Origin: Acholeplasmataceae bacterium | Lineage (GTDB): Bacteria; Bacillota_I; Bacilli_A; Acholeplasmatales; Acholeplasmataceae | Direction of reading: 5' to 3' | Length of the DNA: 64,000 nucleotides | NCBI GenBank assembly: GCA_050953805.1 | Contig: JBMNNE010000001.1 | Location: 186,079-250,078, forward strand | Shown here: positions 1 to 9,810 of the stretch, one piece after another | Layout of the letters: each line of letters begins with the position of its first letter | How positions within the stretch are numbered: the stretch's first letter is position 1 | Translations under genes and position numbers: made by a program | The notes under the pieces: model-generated | What the model was told of the DNA's origin: nothing | The model's input: only the letters and a program-made list of their open reading frames with translations | Database searches by the model: none

Positions 1-2
1 TA

Positions 3-506
3 TCTCATGAGATTTTATCATCTTTAGTTAATGAAAATGATATCATCATTGATGCTACTTTAGGTAATGGTTTTGACTCACTTTTCTTATCACCATTAGT
101 TAGTCAAATCTTTAGTTTTGATATCCAAGAAATGGCACTCAATAAATCATTAGAAACCCTTAAAGATGTATCAAATGTTAATTGTCTTTTAGATAGCCAT
201 TTAAATTATAAAAAGTATCTAATTAATTATGACGGTGTCGTTTTCAATTTGGGGTTTTTACCAAATGGTGATAAAAGGATTACTACCACTTCTATAACGA
301 CAATTAACACCCTAAAATTAATGGTTAATGACAATTTAGCGCGTTTTATTTTAATTGTAGTTTACCCTAAACATCCGGAAGGTAGTATTGAAAGTAAAGA
401 TTTACTAGCATATATTAAAAATATTAGCAACTATAATGTTACTTTAATAAATTATGACGAAAATATTGTTAGTGATTATATAATCTTGCTTGAAAAAAGG
501 GCATAA
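3..506 (+). CDS. SAM-dependent methyltransferase of the YtqB/MnmM type, 5' end cut by window edge
   Basis: The frame is open from nt 3, upstream of the Met at 132: SHEILSSLVNENDIIIDATLGNGFDSLF..FDIQ..VFNLGFLPNGDKRITT..YPKHPEGS. The DATxGNG SAM pocket and NLG(Y/F)LPxGDK motif match Bacillus YtqB as I recall it. Confidence 0.6.
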   Translation, partial: SHEILSSLVNENDIIIDATLGNGFDSLFLSPLVSQIFSFDIQEMALNKSLETLKDVSNVNCLLDSHLNYKKYLINYDGVVFNLGFLPNGDKRITTTSITTINTLKLMVNDNLARFILIVVYPKHPEGSIESKDLLAYIKNISNYNVTLINYDENIVSDYIILLEKRA

Positions 507-514
507 GCCCTTTT
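493..514. terminator. bidirectional hairpin between convergent genes
   Basis: A-run, GGGC (499-502), loop ATAA, GCCC (507-510), T-run. The TAA stop of the + gene lies in the loop. Confidence 0.45.
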
Positions 515-2936
515 ATTTTGCAACTATATTGATTAATTTATTAGGAATAATAATTACCTTTAAGACATTTAGTCCCTCTAAATGCGTTTTAATATTGTCA
601 AGACCAAAAGCTATTTGTTTAAGTTCCGCTTCAGGCAAATCTCTTGGAACTTGTAATTTAGCTCTAACTCGGCCATTAACTTGAAACACCATTTCAACTT
701 CAGCTAAAATTATCATTTGTGGATCAAAGTCAGGCCATTTTGAATATAAAAGCTCTTCTTCGTTATTTAATATGACTTGATTAATTTCTTCAGTAAGATG
801 AGGTGCTACTGGATTTAAAAGTTTTAAGAAATTTATTGCCTTTTTACGATCGATTTTTTCAACTTTATATACTTCGTTAACAAAAATCATCATTTGACTG
901 ATCGCAGTATTAAAAGCCAATGTTTCAAAATCTTCAGTTACTTTTTTCACTGTTTGATGATAAACATAGTCAAGTTCATTAACATTATTCTCGGTAATCT
1001 CAAATTGTTTATACATACGATAAACTCGGTCTAAAAATCTTTTAGCACCATCTAATGAAGTCGTACTCCATGGTTTATCACTTTCTAGAGGTCCCATAAA
1101 CATTTCATATAGTCTTAAAGAGTCAGCTCCATGAGAATGGATAATATCATCTGGATTAACGACATTACCTAAGGATTTTGACATTTTTTGACCATTATCA
1201 CCTAAAATCATTCCTTGATTAACTAGTTTTTTAAATGGTTCAGGTGATTGGACTAAACCAATATCATATAAAAATTTATGCCAAAATCTTGCATATAGTA
1301 AATGTCCAACAGCGTGTTCTTTACCACCAAGATAAAGATCTACTGGTAACCACTTTTGGATTTCTTCTTTGGCTTCTAATGAATTAAGTGGAATCATTCC
1401 ATTTTCACTTTGTAACAAGTAACCAATGTAATACCATGAGCTACCTGCTAGTTGTGGCATCGTATTAGTTTCACGGCGATATTTTTTGCCGTCAATTTCT
1501 ACATATAGCCAATCAAGCGCATTAGCAAGTGGACTTTCTCCAGTTCCACTTGGTTTAATATTATCAAGTTTGGGAAGTAATAACGGCAACTCTTCTTCTT
1601 TTAAGACTTTAATTTCTCCATCTTCACCAAACAATACCGGAAATGGTTCACCCCAATATCTTTGACGTGAAAATACCCAATCACGTAATTTATAATTATC
1701 AGTTTTATAACCAAGCTTATTAGTTTCTAAATATCTAATAATAACTTCATTAGCTTCTTTAATATTTAATCCATTAAATAATGGACTATTAATATGAATT
1801 CCATCTCCAGTATATGCTTCACCAACAACATCTGAATCAATAACTTGAATAATATCTAATCCAAACTTTATCGCAAACTCATAATCTCTTTCATCATGAG
1901 CCGGTACTGCCATAACGGCACCAGTTCCGTATGATGTTAACACATAGTCAGAAATCCATATTGGTAGTTGAACTCCAGTTAGTGGATGAATCGCAAAGGC
2001 ACCGATAAAGACCCCTGTCTTTTCTTTGTCTAATTCGCGATCAAGATCTGATTTTTGTTTAGTAAGTTCAATATAACTTTTAACCTCATCATATTCACTC
2101 GGTGAAGTTATTTCTAAAACTAGTGGATGTTCAGGAGCTAATACACAATAACTAACGCCATATAAAGTATCAGGTCTTGTGGTAAAGATATCAAAAGATT
2201 CATCTGAATTAGCAACTTCAAAAGTAATAGTTGCCCCCGTGGATTTTCCAATCCAATTTCTTTGCATTTCTTTTAGTGAATCTGACCAATCTAATAATTC
2301 AAGATCATTTAATAATCTTTCAGCGTATTTAGTGATTTTTAAAACCCACTGCTTCATCGCTTTTTTAGTGACTGGATATCCACCACGCTCAGAAACCATT
2401 AATCCGTCAACCACTTCAATTTCATCATTAGCTAAAACTGTTCCCAACTCTTCACACCAATTAACTTCAACTTCTTTAATTTCAGCTAATCCATGTTCAT
2501 ATAGTTTCGTAAAAATCCATTGAGTCCACTTATAATAACTTGGATCACTAGTAATAACTTGGCGATCCCAATCAATTCCTTTACCAGACTCAATAATTTG
2601 TCTTTTAAAATTTTCAATATTTTGATAGGTGAATTCTTTCGGATCATTTCCGGTTTTAATCGCATATTGTTCAGCAGGCAGCCCAAAAGCGTCAAACCCC
2701 ATTGGAACTAAGACATTATAACCTTGCATCCGTTTAAATCTAGCATAAATATCACTAGCCGCATATCCTTCGATATGTCCAACATGTAATCCTTCAGCAC
2801 TAGGATAAGGGAACATATCTAAAATATAAATCTTTGGTAGTGATTCATCATTTAAAGTTTTAAAAGATTTATGGTCTTGCCAATGTTTTTGCCATTTTTT
2901 CTCTATTTTTCGAAAATCATAAAACATAAAAATCAC
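513..2936 (-). CDS. leuS: leucyl-tRNA synthetase
   Basis: 807 aa. Class I HIGH motif ([10 protein letters not shown]), KMSKS motif (QKMSKSLGN), and LeuRS-typical N-terminus with editing-domain layout. Confidence 0.97.
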   Translation of the reverse strand: MIFMFYDFRKIEKKWQKHWQDHKSFKTLNDESLPKIYILDMFPYPSAEGLHVGHIEGYAASDIYARFKRMQGYNVLVPMGFDAFGLPAEQYAIKTGNDPKEFTYQNIENFKRQIIESGKGIDWDRQVITSDPSYYKWTQWIFTKLYEHGLAEIKEVEVNWCEELGTVLANDEIEVVDGLMVSERGGYPVTKKAMKQWVLKITKYAERLLNDLELLDWSDSLKEMQRNWIGKSTGATITFEVANSDESFDIFTTRPDTLYGVSYCVLAPEHPLVLEITSPSEYDEVKSYIELTKQKSDLDRELDKEKTGVFIGAFAIHPLTGVQLPIWISDYVLTSYGTGAVMAVPAHDERDYEFAIKFGLDIIQVIDSDVVGEAYTGDGIHINSPLFNGLNIKEANEVIIRYLETNKLGYKTDNYKLRDWVFSRQRYWGEPFPVLFGEDGEIKVLKEEELPLLLPKLDNIKPSGTGESPLANALDWLYVEIDGKKYRRETNTMPQLAGSSWYYIGYLLQSENGMIPLNSLEAKEEIQKWLPVDLYLGGKEHAVGHLLYARFWHKFLYDIGLVQSPEPFKKLVNQGMILGDNGQKMSKSLGNVVNPDDIIHSHGADSLRLYEMFMGPLESDKPWSTTSLDGAKRFLDRVYRMYKQFEITENNVNELDYVYHQTVKKVTEDFETLAFNTAISQMMIFVNEVYKVEKIDRKKAINFLKLLNPVAPHLTEEINQVILNNEEELLYSKWPDFDPQMIILAEVEMVFQVNGRVRAKLQVPRDLPEAELKQIAFGLDNIKTHLEGLNVLKVIIIPNKLINIVAK

Positions 2937-2982
2937 CTAAAATTATTATACCACGAATTAGACCTTGCTACTTAAGAATGGC

Positions 2983-3011
2983 TAAAAAAAAGGATGCATC
3001 CCATCCTTTTT
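2983..3011 (-). terminator. intrinsic terminator after acpP (also reads as a hairpin on + strand)
   Basis: AAAAAAAA-GGATG-catcc-CATCC-TTTTT. Stem 2992-2996/3002-3006 with A-run and T-run flanks. Confidence 0.55.
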
Positions 3012-3037
3012 AAACTAAATAATAAAATTTTAAAATT

Positions 3038-3268
3038 TTATCCGATTAAGTTTTCTACGTATTTAACTAAATCTCCAACCGTTTTTAGTGAAAAAGCATC
3101 TTCATCAGATACTGATACATTATATTCATCTTCAATGAACATAATAATTTCAACAGCATCAATAGAATCGATTCCTAAATCTTCAGATAATCTTGCATCT
3201 AATGTTACTTTTGATTCGCTAACGCCTAAATCACTAACGATCATGTTTTTAAGTTTTTCAAATACCAT
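3038..3268 (-). CDS. acpP: acyl carrier protein
   Basis: 76 aa acidic protein with the phosphopantetheine-attachment motif DLGIDSIDAVEI. No fab/pls genes are adjacent. Confidence 0.9.
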   Translation of the reverse strand: MVFEKLKNMIVSDLGVSESKVTLDARLSEDLGIDSIDAVEIIMFIEDEYNVSVSDEDAFSLKTVGDLVKYVENLIG

Positions 3269-3306
3269 AATCTTCTCTCCTTTTTAAAATCCATAATTAT
3301 TTTAGA

Positions 3307-5013
3307 TTATTTCTTATCTTTTGTCAAACTAAGAGATATTACAACTGCTTCATATGGTCTTAAACTAATAGATTTAGGCGAAATATGTGAATCTTTATAA
3401 TTTGAAAAAATAATTTTAATAGGTTTCATTCCTTCTAGTTTAGAAAATAAAAAGCGTCGATTTTTATCACTAAAAGAGTTAATCACTAAAATAATCTCGT
3501 TGTTAAGCTTCCTTAGATAGGCAAAAATAAAGGGATTATTAAAATCAATAATCTCAAAATCTCCGTAAATTAGAGTTTCTCGATATTTACTATTTAATTT
3601 TAAATCAATGATTTTTTTATAGTGATTTAAAATAGAGTTGGTATCAGCAATTTGATTTTCAACATTTATGTCTTGATAATTAGGGTGAACCTTAATCCAA
3701 GGAACTCCGGTAGTAAATCCGGCATTTTTAGATGCATTCCACTGCATTGGAATTCTTGAGTGATCTCGCGAATGACCTTTATGGCGATTAACTGCCTCAT
3801 CTACTGTTAAATTTGGATTATTTTTTAAATCAAGTTTAATATGATTAATCGTTGATACGTCTCTAAATTCATCTAATTTTTTAAATGGATAATTAGTCAT
3901 GCCGATTTCTTCACCTTGATAAATAAATGGTGTTCCTTTAATAAAATATAATGTGTTAGCTAACATTTTAGCTGATTTTTCAAAGTAGTTTAAATCCCCG
4001 TACATACTCATAACTCGTGGGTGATCATGATTTAACCAATAAAGTGGATTCCATCCTTTTCCTCTAAATCCATCTTGCCACTTTTTAAAAACTGACTTTA
4101 ATTTAACAACATCAGTTTTTTCAACACCATTAACATTTTTAGTACACCAATTATGATCAAAATTAAAAACCATATTTAATTGGCCATATTCGTTAGAAGC
4201 ATATCTTAATCCCGATTCAACTGACGCTCCCCCACCCACTTCACCAATAGTAACAATATCATATTTAGAAAAAACTTTATCTTTTAAAATTTGCAAATAA
4301 TCATGAACTTTTGGTAAATTGGAATATTTAGAAAAATCAGGGACATAGCGATCATTTGTCATATGAGAATCTTCAAATGGAGCTCTAGCTAAATGACTTG
4401 CAGCATCAATCCTAAATCCTGAAATGCCTAGATCTAACCACCAAGTTGCCATTTTTACCATCTCTTGTTGGACTTTTTCAGATTTCCAATTTAAATCTGG
4501 CATTTTATTACTAAAAATTTTCATAAAATAATAACCAGTTATTTCATCTTTTTGCCAACAACTGCCACCAAAAAAAGAAGACCAATTAGTTGGTTCATAT
4601 TCTATTCCATCAATATAACGTGGCGGTTCCCAAATATAATATTCCCGATATGGATTATTTAATGATTTTCTTGATTCTTGAAACCAATAGTGTTCATCAG
4701 AAGTGTGATTTAAAATTAAATCAACAATAACTCGAATCTTTAATTGTTTCGCTTTATCTAAAACTTTTTTAAAAGTCTCAATAGTTCCATATTCACTTGC
4801 AACTTCATAAAAATCACTAACATCATACCCATTATCATCCATTGGTGATTTATAAAATGGCACTAGCCATATTAAATTAACTCCTAAGTAATGTAAATAA
4901 TCTAATTTTTGATAGACTCCTTCTAAATCACCAATGCCATCACCATTAGTATCAAAAAAACTTTTTATATAGATTTGATATCCAAATGATTCCATCCACC
5001 ATTTTTTCTTCAT
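3307..5013 (-). CDS. malL: cytoplasmic oligo-1,6-glucosidase / alpha-glucosidase (GH13, subfamily 31-like)
   Basis: 568 aa, no signal peptide. GH13 regions DLILNHTS, GFRIDAASH, IGEVGG, WLNHDHPR. N-terminus WWxxxxxYQIYxxSFxDxNGDGIGD is typical of oligo-1,6-glucosidases. Confidence 0.85.
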   Translation of the reverse strand: MKKKWWMESFGYQIYIKSFFDTNGDGIGDLEGVYQKLDYLHYLGVNLIWLVPFYKSPMDDNGYDVSDFYEVASEYGTIETFKKVLDKAKQLKIRVIVDLILNHTSDEHYWFQESRKSLNNPYREYYIWEPPRYIDGIEYEPTNWSSFFGGSCWQKDEITGYYFMKIFSNKMPDLNWKSEKVQQEMVKMATWWLDLGISGFRIDAASHLARAPFEDSHMTNDRYVPDFSKYSNLPKVHDYLQILKDKVFSKYDIVTIGEVGGGASVESGLRYASNEYGQLNMVFNFDHNWCTKNVNGVEKTDVVKLKSVFKKWQDGFRGKGWNPLYWLNHDHPRVMSMYGDLNYFEKSAKMLANTLYFIKGTPFIYQGEEIGMTNYPFKKLDEFRDVSTINHIKLDLKNNPNLTVDEAVNRHKGHSRDHSRIPMQWNASKNAGFTTGVPWIKVHPNYQDINVENQIADTNSILNHYKKIIDLKLNSKYRETLIYGDFEIIDFNNPFIFAYLRKLNNEIILVINSFSDKNRRFLFSKLEGMKPIKIIFSNYKDSHISPKSISLRPYEAVVISLSLTKDKK

Positions 5014-5047
5014 TAACTTACCTCTTCAATTCATACTATTAATATTT

Positions 5048-5066
5048 TATCACATTATATGTGATA
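5048..5066. promoter_or_regulatory. 19-bp palindrome overlapping an extended -10 in the malL / neopullulanase divergent promoter region
   Basis: TATCACAT-TAT-ATGTGATA (8-bp arms, 5048-5055/5059-5066). TGATATAAT (5062-5070) fits the TGnTATAAT pattern on the + strand. Confidence 0.4.
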
Positions 5067-5074
5067 TAATTAAA

Positions 5075-6850
5075 ATGGTGATTAACTTGAATTTACATGC
5101 AATTTGGCATCAAAGCCATTCAGAGTATTCTTATCAGATGGATCATGAAACTGTTCATCTTCTTTTACGAGTTGCTAAAAATGATATTAGTGCAGTGACA
5201 TTACTTTATGGAGATCCATTTCATTGGGCTCGAGATAAAAACAACAAGCGATATCAATGGGATATGAAGGAAAAAGAAATGACATTAAAATACAGTAACG
5301 AACTATTTGATTTCTTTTTTCTTGAACTAAAAGTTCCATCTAAAAGAATTAGATACGCCTTTTTAATTAAAGACAATCAAGGTGATGAAATTATTTATCA
5401 TTCAAAAGGAATTTTAAAAGTAGATCAATCACGCAATATTACTGATGTTAATTGTTTCTTTAACCTTCCTTATCTACATCAAGAAGATCTAACTAATACT
5501 CCTAGCTGGGTTAAAGAAACGGTATGGTATCAAATTTTCCCTGATCGTTTTTATAACTACAATAATCCTTCAAAACATAACTGGGATAATGTTGAAGTGA
5601 AAAATAATGAAATTTATGGTGGTAACTTACAAGGAATTATTAAAAAACTGCCCTATATTAAATCATTAGGTTGTTCAGGGATTTATTTAACACCAATCTT
5701 TAAAGCTAAAACGGCTCATAAATATGATACTGTTGATTACTACATGATTGACCCTAGTTTTGGAACTAATGATGATTTTAAAGAGTTTGTTGACAAAGCT
5801 CATCAATTAGGAATTAAAGTTATGTTAGATGGCGTCTTTAATCACGCTGGATTTTATCATCCGTATTTCCAAGATGTAAGTAAAAAAGGCGAAAATAGTG
5901 AATATGCTGAAGCGTTTATGATTAAAAAATGGCCAGCTGTTGACTTTGAATATGATGATGATAAAATCTTTATGCTAACATCGGATAATATTAACTATGA
6001 GACTTTTGCTACAACTCCGTATATGCCAAAATGGAATTTTACTTCACAAATTACGGAAGATTATTTGTTAGGGGTTGTAAAATATTGGATTACCAAATAT
6101 AATATTGATGCATGGCGCTTAGATGTTTCTAATGAAATTAGTTTTGAATTTTTACGAAAAATTAAACGCGTAGCTAGAAAAGCTAATCCGGAAGTTTATA
6201 TTTTAGGTGAAAACTGGGATCAAGCTCTTCCGTGGTTGCGTGGTGATCAAATGGACGGCGTGATGAATTATTTTCTAACTAATATAATTTGGGATTTTAT
6301 CGATTTAAAAATTGATTATTTAGAATTTAAAAATCGATTAACCCATTATTTAGTTGGAACGCCCAAAAATATAATTAACAATCAATTTAACTTAATTTCA
6401 TCACACGATACAATGAGAATTAAATCAAGAGTTAATGGTGATATGAGACGAGTTAAAATTGCCCATATTCTCTTACTTTTATCACATGGAACTCCTAGTA
6501 TCTATTATGGTGATGAAATTGGATTAGAAGGAAAAGATGATCCTGATAACCGTCGCACGATGATTTGGGATGAAACTAAATGGGATTTAGATTTCTTATC
6601 ATTTATCAAGAAGTTAATTACTATTAGAAAAGAATATCATGATTTTAATAGTGAAATGAAAGTCATTTCATATAATCATAATTTGATTTTAAAAACTAGT
6701 GATTTATATCTCGTTATAAATAATTCAAACCAAGAAAAACCGCTAAATCTTAAGGGTAAGTATCTAGATGTCTTAAATGAAACAATGATTAATTTTGATG
6801 AAGTTAAAACAATAAACCCATTTGAATTTTATATTCTAAAAAAGGAGTGA
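5075..6850 (+). CDS. neopullulanase / cyclomaltodextrinase / maltogenic amylase (GH13_20-like), cytoplasmic
   Basis: 591 aa. N-domain AIWHQSHSEYSYxxDxETVHLLLR..YGDPFHW is typical of this group. GH13 regions DGVFNHAG, DAWRLDVSNE, ILGENWD, LISSHDTMR. The start is uncertain: ATG 5075, TTG 5087 and ATG 5098 are all possible. Confidence 0.85.
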   Translation: MVINLNLHAIWHQSHSEYSYQMDHETVHLLLRVAKNDISAVTLLYGDPFHWARDKNNKRYQWDMKEKEMTLKYSNELFDFFFLELKVPSKRIRYAFLIKDNQGDEIIYHSKGILKVDQSRNITDVNCFFNLPYLHQEDLTNTPSWVKETVWYQIFPDRFYNYNNPSKHNWDNVEVKNNEIYGGNLQGIIKKLPYIKSLGCSGIYLTPIFKAKTAHKYDTVDYYMIDPSFGTNDDFKEFVDKAHQLGIKVMLDGVFNHAGFYHPYFQDVSKKGENSEYAEAFMIKKWPAVDFEYDDDKIFMLTSDNINYETFATTPYMPKWNFTSQITEDYLLGVVKYWITKYNIDAWRLDVSNEISFEFLRKIKRVARKANPEVYILGENWDQALPWLRGDQMDGVMNYFLTNIIWDFIDLKIDYLEFKNRLTHYLVGTPKNIINNQFNLISSHDTMRIKSRVNGDMRRVKIAHILLLLSHGTPSIYYGDEIGLEGKDDPDNRRTMIWDETKWDLDFLSFIKKLITIRKEYHDFNSEMKVISYNHNLILKTSDLYLVINNSNQEKPLNLKGKYLDVLNETMINFDEVKTINPFEFYILKKE

Positions 6851-6857
6851 TTTTAAA

Positions 6858-7832
6858 ATGAAACCAACAATGAGAGATGTTGCTAAAGAAGCAAATGTTA
6901 GTGTCTCAACTGTTTCAAGAGTTATTAACAACAAGGATTCGGTACACGAATCAACGCGAGTATTAGTGCTTGACGCCATTGAAAAATTAGGGTTTACCCC
7001 TAATAAATTAGCGCAAAGCTTAACTAGTAATTATAGTAAAATGGTGGCAGTGTTTGTCCCTCATATTGGGCCTGAATTTTATGGTCATCTTTTAGAAGGA
7101 ATTGAAAGTCAAGCCGGAGCTTATGGATATAAAATTATTTTCTGTAATACCCAAAATAATCCTGAAAGAGAATTAGACTATTTGCGCTTTGTAGAGCAAT
7201 ATAACATTGATGGATTAATTATCGCTTCTGATTTCCATAACATTAAAACGGTTCAAGAAATGAACATTCCAATCGTTACAGTTGACCACACTTTAGATGA
7301 AACTTATCCGTCTGTTACTAGTGATAATATTAAAGGTGGAAAATTAGGTGCACAAGAGTTAGTCGAAGCTGGTGCTAAAAATATTTTACTCTTTAGAGGT
7401 CCATCGTTTTTACCAACGACGATTGAAAGAACCATTGGTGCTAAAGAAGTATTTGATCTTCACCCTGATATTACTTATACTTATTATGATTTCGATTTAG
7501 TTGCTCCTGACTGCCGTGAAATTGAAGATGTTTTAAATTCTCATACTGATGTTGATGGTATTTTTGCTTATGGTGACACCTTAGCCTTAGCCACAATAAA
7601 AATATTGAATAAATTAGACAAGAGAATGCCTCAAGATGTTCGGGTTGTCGGTTTCGATAATAACTATTTTAGTGTCATGTCAACCCCACCACTAACAACC
7701 ATTGAACAATCACCATCTTTTATGGGTAAAAGTGCCTTTAATTTGCTTCATAAACTAATGAAAAATGAAACAATCGATAATCCACACGTCATCGTTGATG
7801 TTAAATTAATCGAAAGAAATTCATCAAAATAA
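6858..7832 (+). CDS. malR: LacI-family transcriptional regulator (maltose/maltodextrin type)
   Basis: 324 aa. N-terminal HTH TMRDVAKEANVSVSTVSRVINN plus a periplasmic-binding-protein-like sugar domain. It sits inside the maltodextrin locus. Confidence 0.85.
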   Translation: MKPTMRDVAKEANVSVSTVSRVINNKDSVHESTRVLVLDAIEKLGFTPNKLAQSLTSNYSKMVAVFVPHIGPEFYGHLLEGIESQAGAYGYKIIFCNTQNNPERELDYLRFVEQYNIDGLIIASDFHNIKTVQEMNIPIVTVDHTLDETYPSVTSDNIKGGKLGAQELVEAGAKNILLFRGPSFLPTTIERTIGAKEVFDLHPDITYTYYDFDLVAPDCREIEDVLNSHTDVDGIFAYGDTLALATIKILNKLDKRMPQDVRVVGFDNNYFSVMSTPPLTTIEQSPSFMGKSAFNLLHKLMKNETIDNPHVIVDVKLIERNSSK

Positions 7833-7837
7833 AAAAT

Positions 7838-7862
7838 TCCCGAGGATAACCTCGGGATTTTC
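7838..7862. terminator. bidirectional intrinsic terminator between malR and pullulanase
   Basis: TCCCGAGG-ataa-CCTCGGGA followed by TTTTC, with an A-run upstream. Confidence 0.75.
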
Positions 7863-7863
7863 T

Positions 7864-9810
7864 TTATAGATATTCAATAATGGCATAAACTCCAGGTTTC
7901 GTTACTTTAATCGTTTTGGGATCTAATAAATAATCTTGACTCGCAAACAAAACTTCTCCTTCCAAGAGGTTAATTCTTCTTACTTGATAGTCATTTTGCA
8001 AGTAATGAGTAATTCTCATTTTAGTATTTTCTAAAGTATAAATTACAAATCCACCTTTTTGGGTAACTGATTTAACCTTAGAATTTGAGTTAGTATAAAT
8101 TTTATAAGTTTTCCTAATTTTAATTAATTCTCTTAATTTTTCGACACTAATTAATTTATGATTCCAAATAATCATATTAATTTCGTCTGGTGATTTATAA
8201 GAGTTTTCAACTTGATTTTTGGTCCGATAAAACTCTTGACCAGCGTGGATAAATGGAACCCCTTGAGCAATTAAAACTACGTGAGTGGCAAAATCTTGAT
8301 AGTGCCACTTTTTATATTCATCATAATTCGTTTTAAGACTAATTTCATCATAAAATGTATAGTTATCGTGGCACTCAACATAATTAATTGATTGGCTTGG
8401 GCTATCAAAAATATTAAGTGATCCTAAAAGCGAATGTTTTAAAATTTCAAAGTGATCATTATTGCCCATGGCGTAACCGTATTTATCGGTTCCTTTCATT
8501 ACATTTCTAAACTGATCATTAAATTGGGCATACGATTTAATTTGTTTTTGATTGGCCATGTTGGCTCTCGTTTCACGTGGCATCGTGTTAGGGATGTTCC
8601 AGCCTTCACCATATAACATAATATTAGGATTAATTTCCTTTAATTCTGATTCAATAACTAACATCGTTTCAATATCCATTAATCCCATTAAATCAAAACG
8701 AAAACCGTCAATTTTAAAAGTTTTAGCTAAATAAACTAAACTATCAACAATTATTTTCCTTGCCATATAACGAAAACTAGCGACATCATTTTGGCAACCA
8801 CTAGAATTAGTAATATTGCCTCGTTTATCAAATTGATACAGATAATTAGGCACTAATTTATTAACTGTGAAATTAACGTAATCATAGACATGATTATAAA
8901 CCACATCAAGATTAATACCTAATCCAATTTTATGAGCGTAATTAACAACTTTAATAAACTCATTAATTCTTAAAAGTGGATCATCCGGATCTTTTGAATA
9001 CCATCCATCTAATAAGAAAAACTGATGAGGATTATAACCCCAATTATACAATCTATTTTTATCGTGATCATCGACTCCTAAAAAGTCAGTAACTGGAAGT
9101 AATTGCAAATGGGTAATTCCTAAATTATAAATATAATCTAAGACAGTAGTTCCTAGTGTCTTATTCTTAGTAATTAAACCGGTAAATAACCCTTTATCAT
9201 CAATATCTAAACCAATAGTCATATCACGGACATGACCTTCATAAATAATCGCTTTTGTCTTATCAGCCGTTTTAATTGGTGAATCAATAACTTTACTGAT
9301 GCGTCTTTGGTTTAAGACATAACTAAACTCATTAGTTCCAGCTTTAGCGTAAGGATCTAATACTTTTTCAAAAAAAGTATGAATTCTAACATCATAATAA
9401 TATGGTTTTAAGTGATGATCTCCTTTAACTCGAAGATGCCAAACTTCACCTAAATTTTTCATTTTATAAGTGTTATCATTTAACACTAAATCAATTTCTT
9501 TGGCAACTGGTGACCACACATAAAAATCAGTATAATCTTTATGATAAATAGATCCAAGTTTCCCATCATAACGGTTATTTTCTTCAAATTCTTCGGTAGT
9601 CGTAATTAATCCCACTTCGAGTGGAATCGCATAATCGTTAATGAAAACTAAGTAATCTTTATGTAAATCTAAATCTTTATTAAGGGTAAAAAAGCTTTGA
9701 TTATTATTAAGCTTCTTTAAAACTCCTTTAAAACCAATCATACTAACTTTATAAATGATTTCATTGGACTCAATTCTAATTAAATTATATTTATCAATAT
9801 ATGCTCTCAT
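7864..9810 (-). CDS. pulA: type I pullulanase (GH13_14-like), cytoplasmic
   Basis: 648 aa, no signal peptide. YNWGYNP motif. GH13 regions DVVYNHVY, DGFRFDLMG, YGEGWN, YVECHDN. Confidence 0.85.
   Translation of the reverse strand: MRAYIDKYNLIRIESNEIIYKVSMIGFKGVLKKLNNNQSFFTLNKDLDLHKDYLVFINDYAIPLEVGLITTTEEFEENNRYDGKLGSIYHKDYTDFYVWSPVAKEIDLVLNDNTYKMKNLGEVWHLRVKGDHHLKPYYYDVRIHTFFEKVLDPYAKAGTNEFSYVLNQRRISKVIDSPIKTADKTKAIIYEGHVRDMTIGLDIDDKGLFTGLITKNKTLGTTVLDYIYNLGITHLQLLPVTDFLGVDDHDKNRLYNWGYNPHQFFLLDGWYSKDPDDPLLRINEFIKVVNYAHKIGLGINLDVVYNHVYDYVNFTVNKLVPNYLYQFDKRGNITNSSGCQNDVASFRYMARKIIVDSLVYLAKTFKIDGFRFDLMGLMDIETMLVIESELKEINPNIMLYGEGWNIPNTMPRETRANMANQKQIKSYAQFNDQFRNVMKGTDKYGYAMGNNDHFEILKHSLLGSLNIFDSPSQSINYVECHDNYTFYDEISLKTNYDEYKKWHYQDFATHVVLIAQGVPFIHAGQEFYRTKNQVENSYKSPDEINMIIWNHKLISVEKLRELIKIRKTYKIYTNSNSKVKSVTQKGGFVIYTLENTKMRITHYLQNDYQVRRINLLEGEVLFASQDYLLDPKTIKVTKPGVYAIIEYL

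Noticed and set aside
2937-3037. Possible T-box leader upstream of leuS.
   Set aside because: Only about 100 nt separate leuS from acpP, and about 30 of them are the acpP terminator. I could not find a specifier-loop/AGAGA element or a T-box sequence (..GGUGGNACC..).
490-3287. ORF-track entries 490..684(+), 2179..2523(+), 2486..2695(-), 2520..2711(+) and 2994..3287(+).
   Set aside because: They lie antisense to or out of frame within leuS and acpP, which have unambiguous family motifs. Their translations are low-complexity and have no RBS. The same reasoning applies to the other short ORFs nested in or antisense to larger genes, namely 8552..8734, 13140..13337, 14357..14566, 16355..16552, 18138..18422, 19591..19789, 21662..21880 and 22263..22475. 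It also covers 30433..30636, 36205..36408, 38954..39151, 39494..39724, 40369..40596, 41269..41469, 41518..41739 and 41769..42026. Finally it covers 48248..48436, 48941..49138, 49709..49897, 50273..50461, 55929..56174, 58818..59063, 59448..59696, 60867..61130 and 61386..61571.
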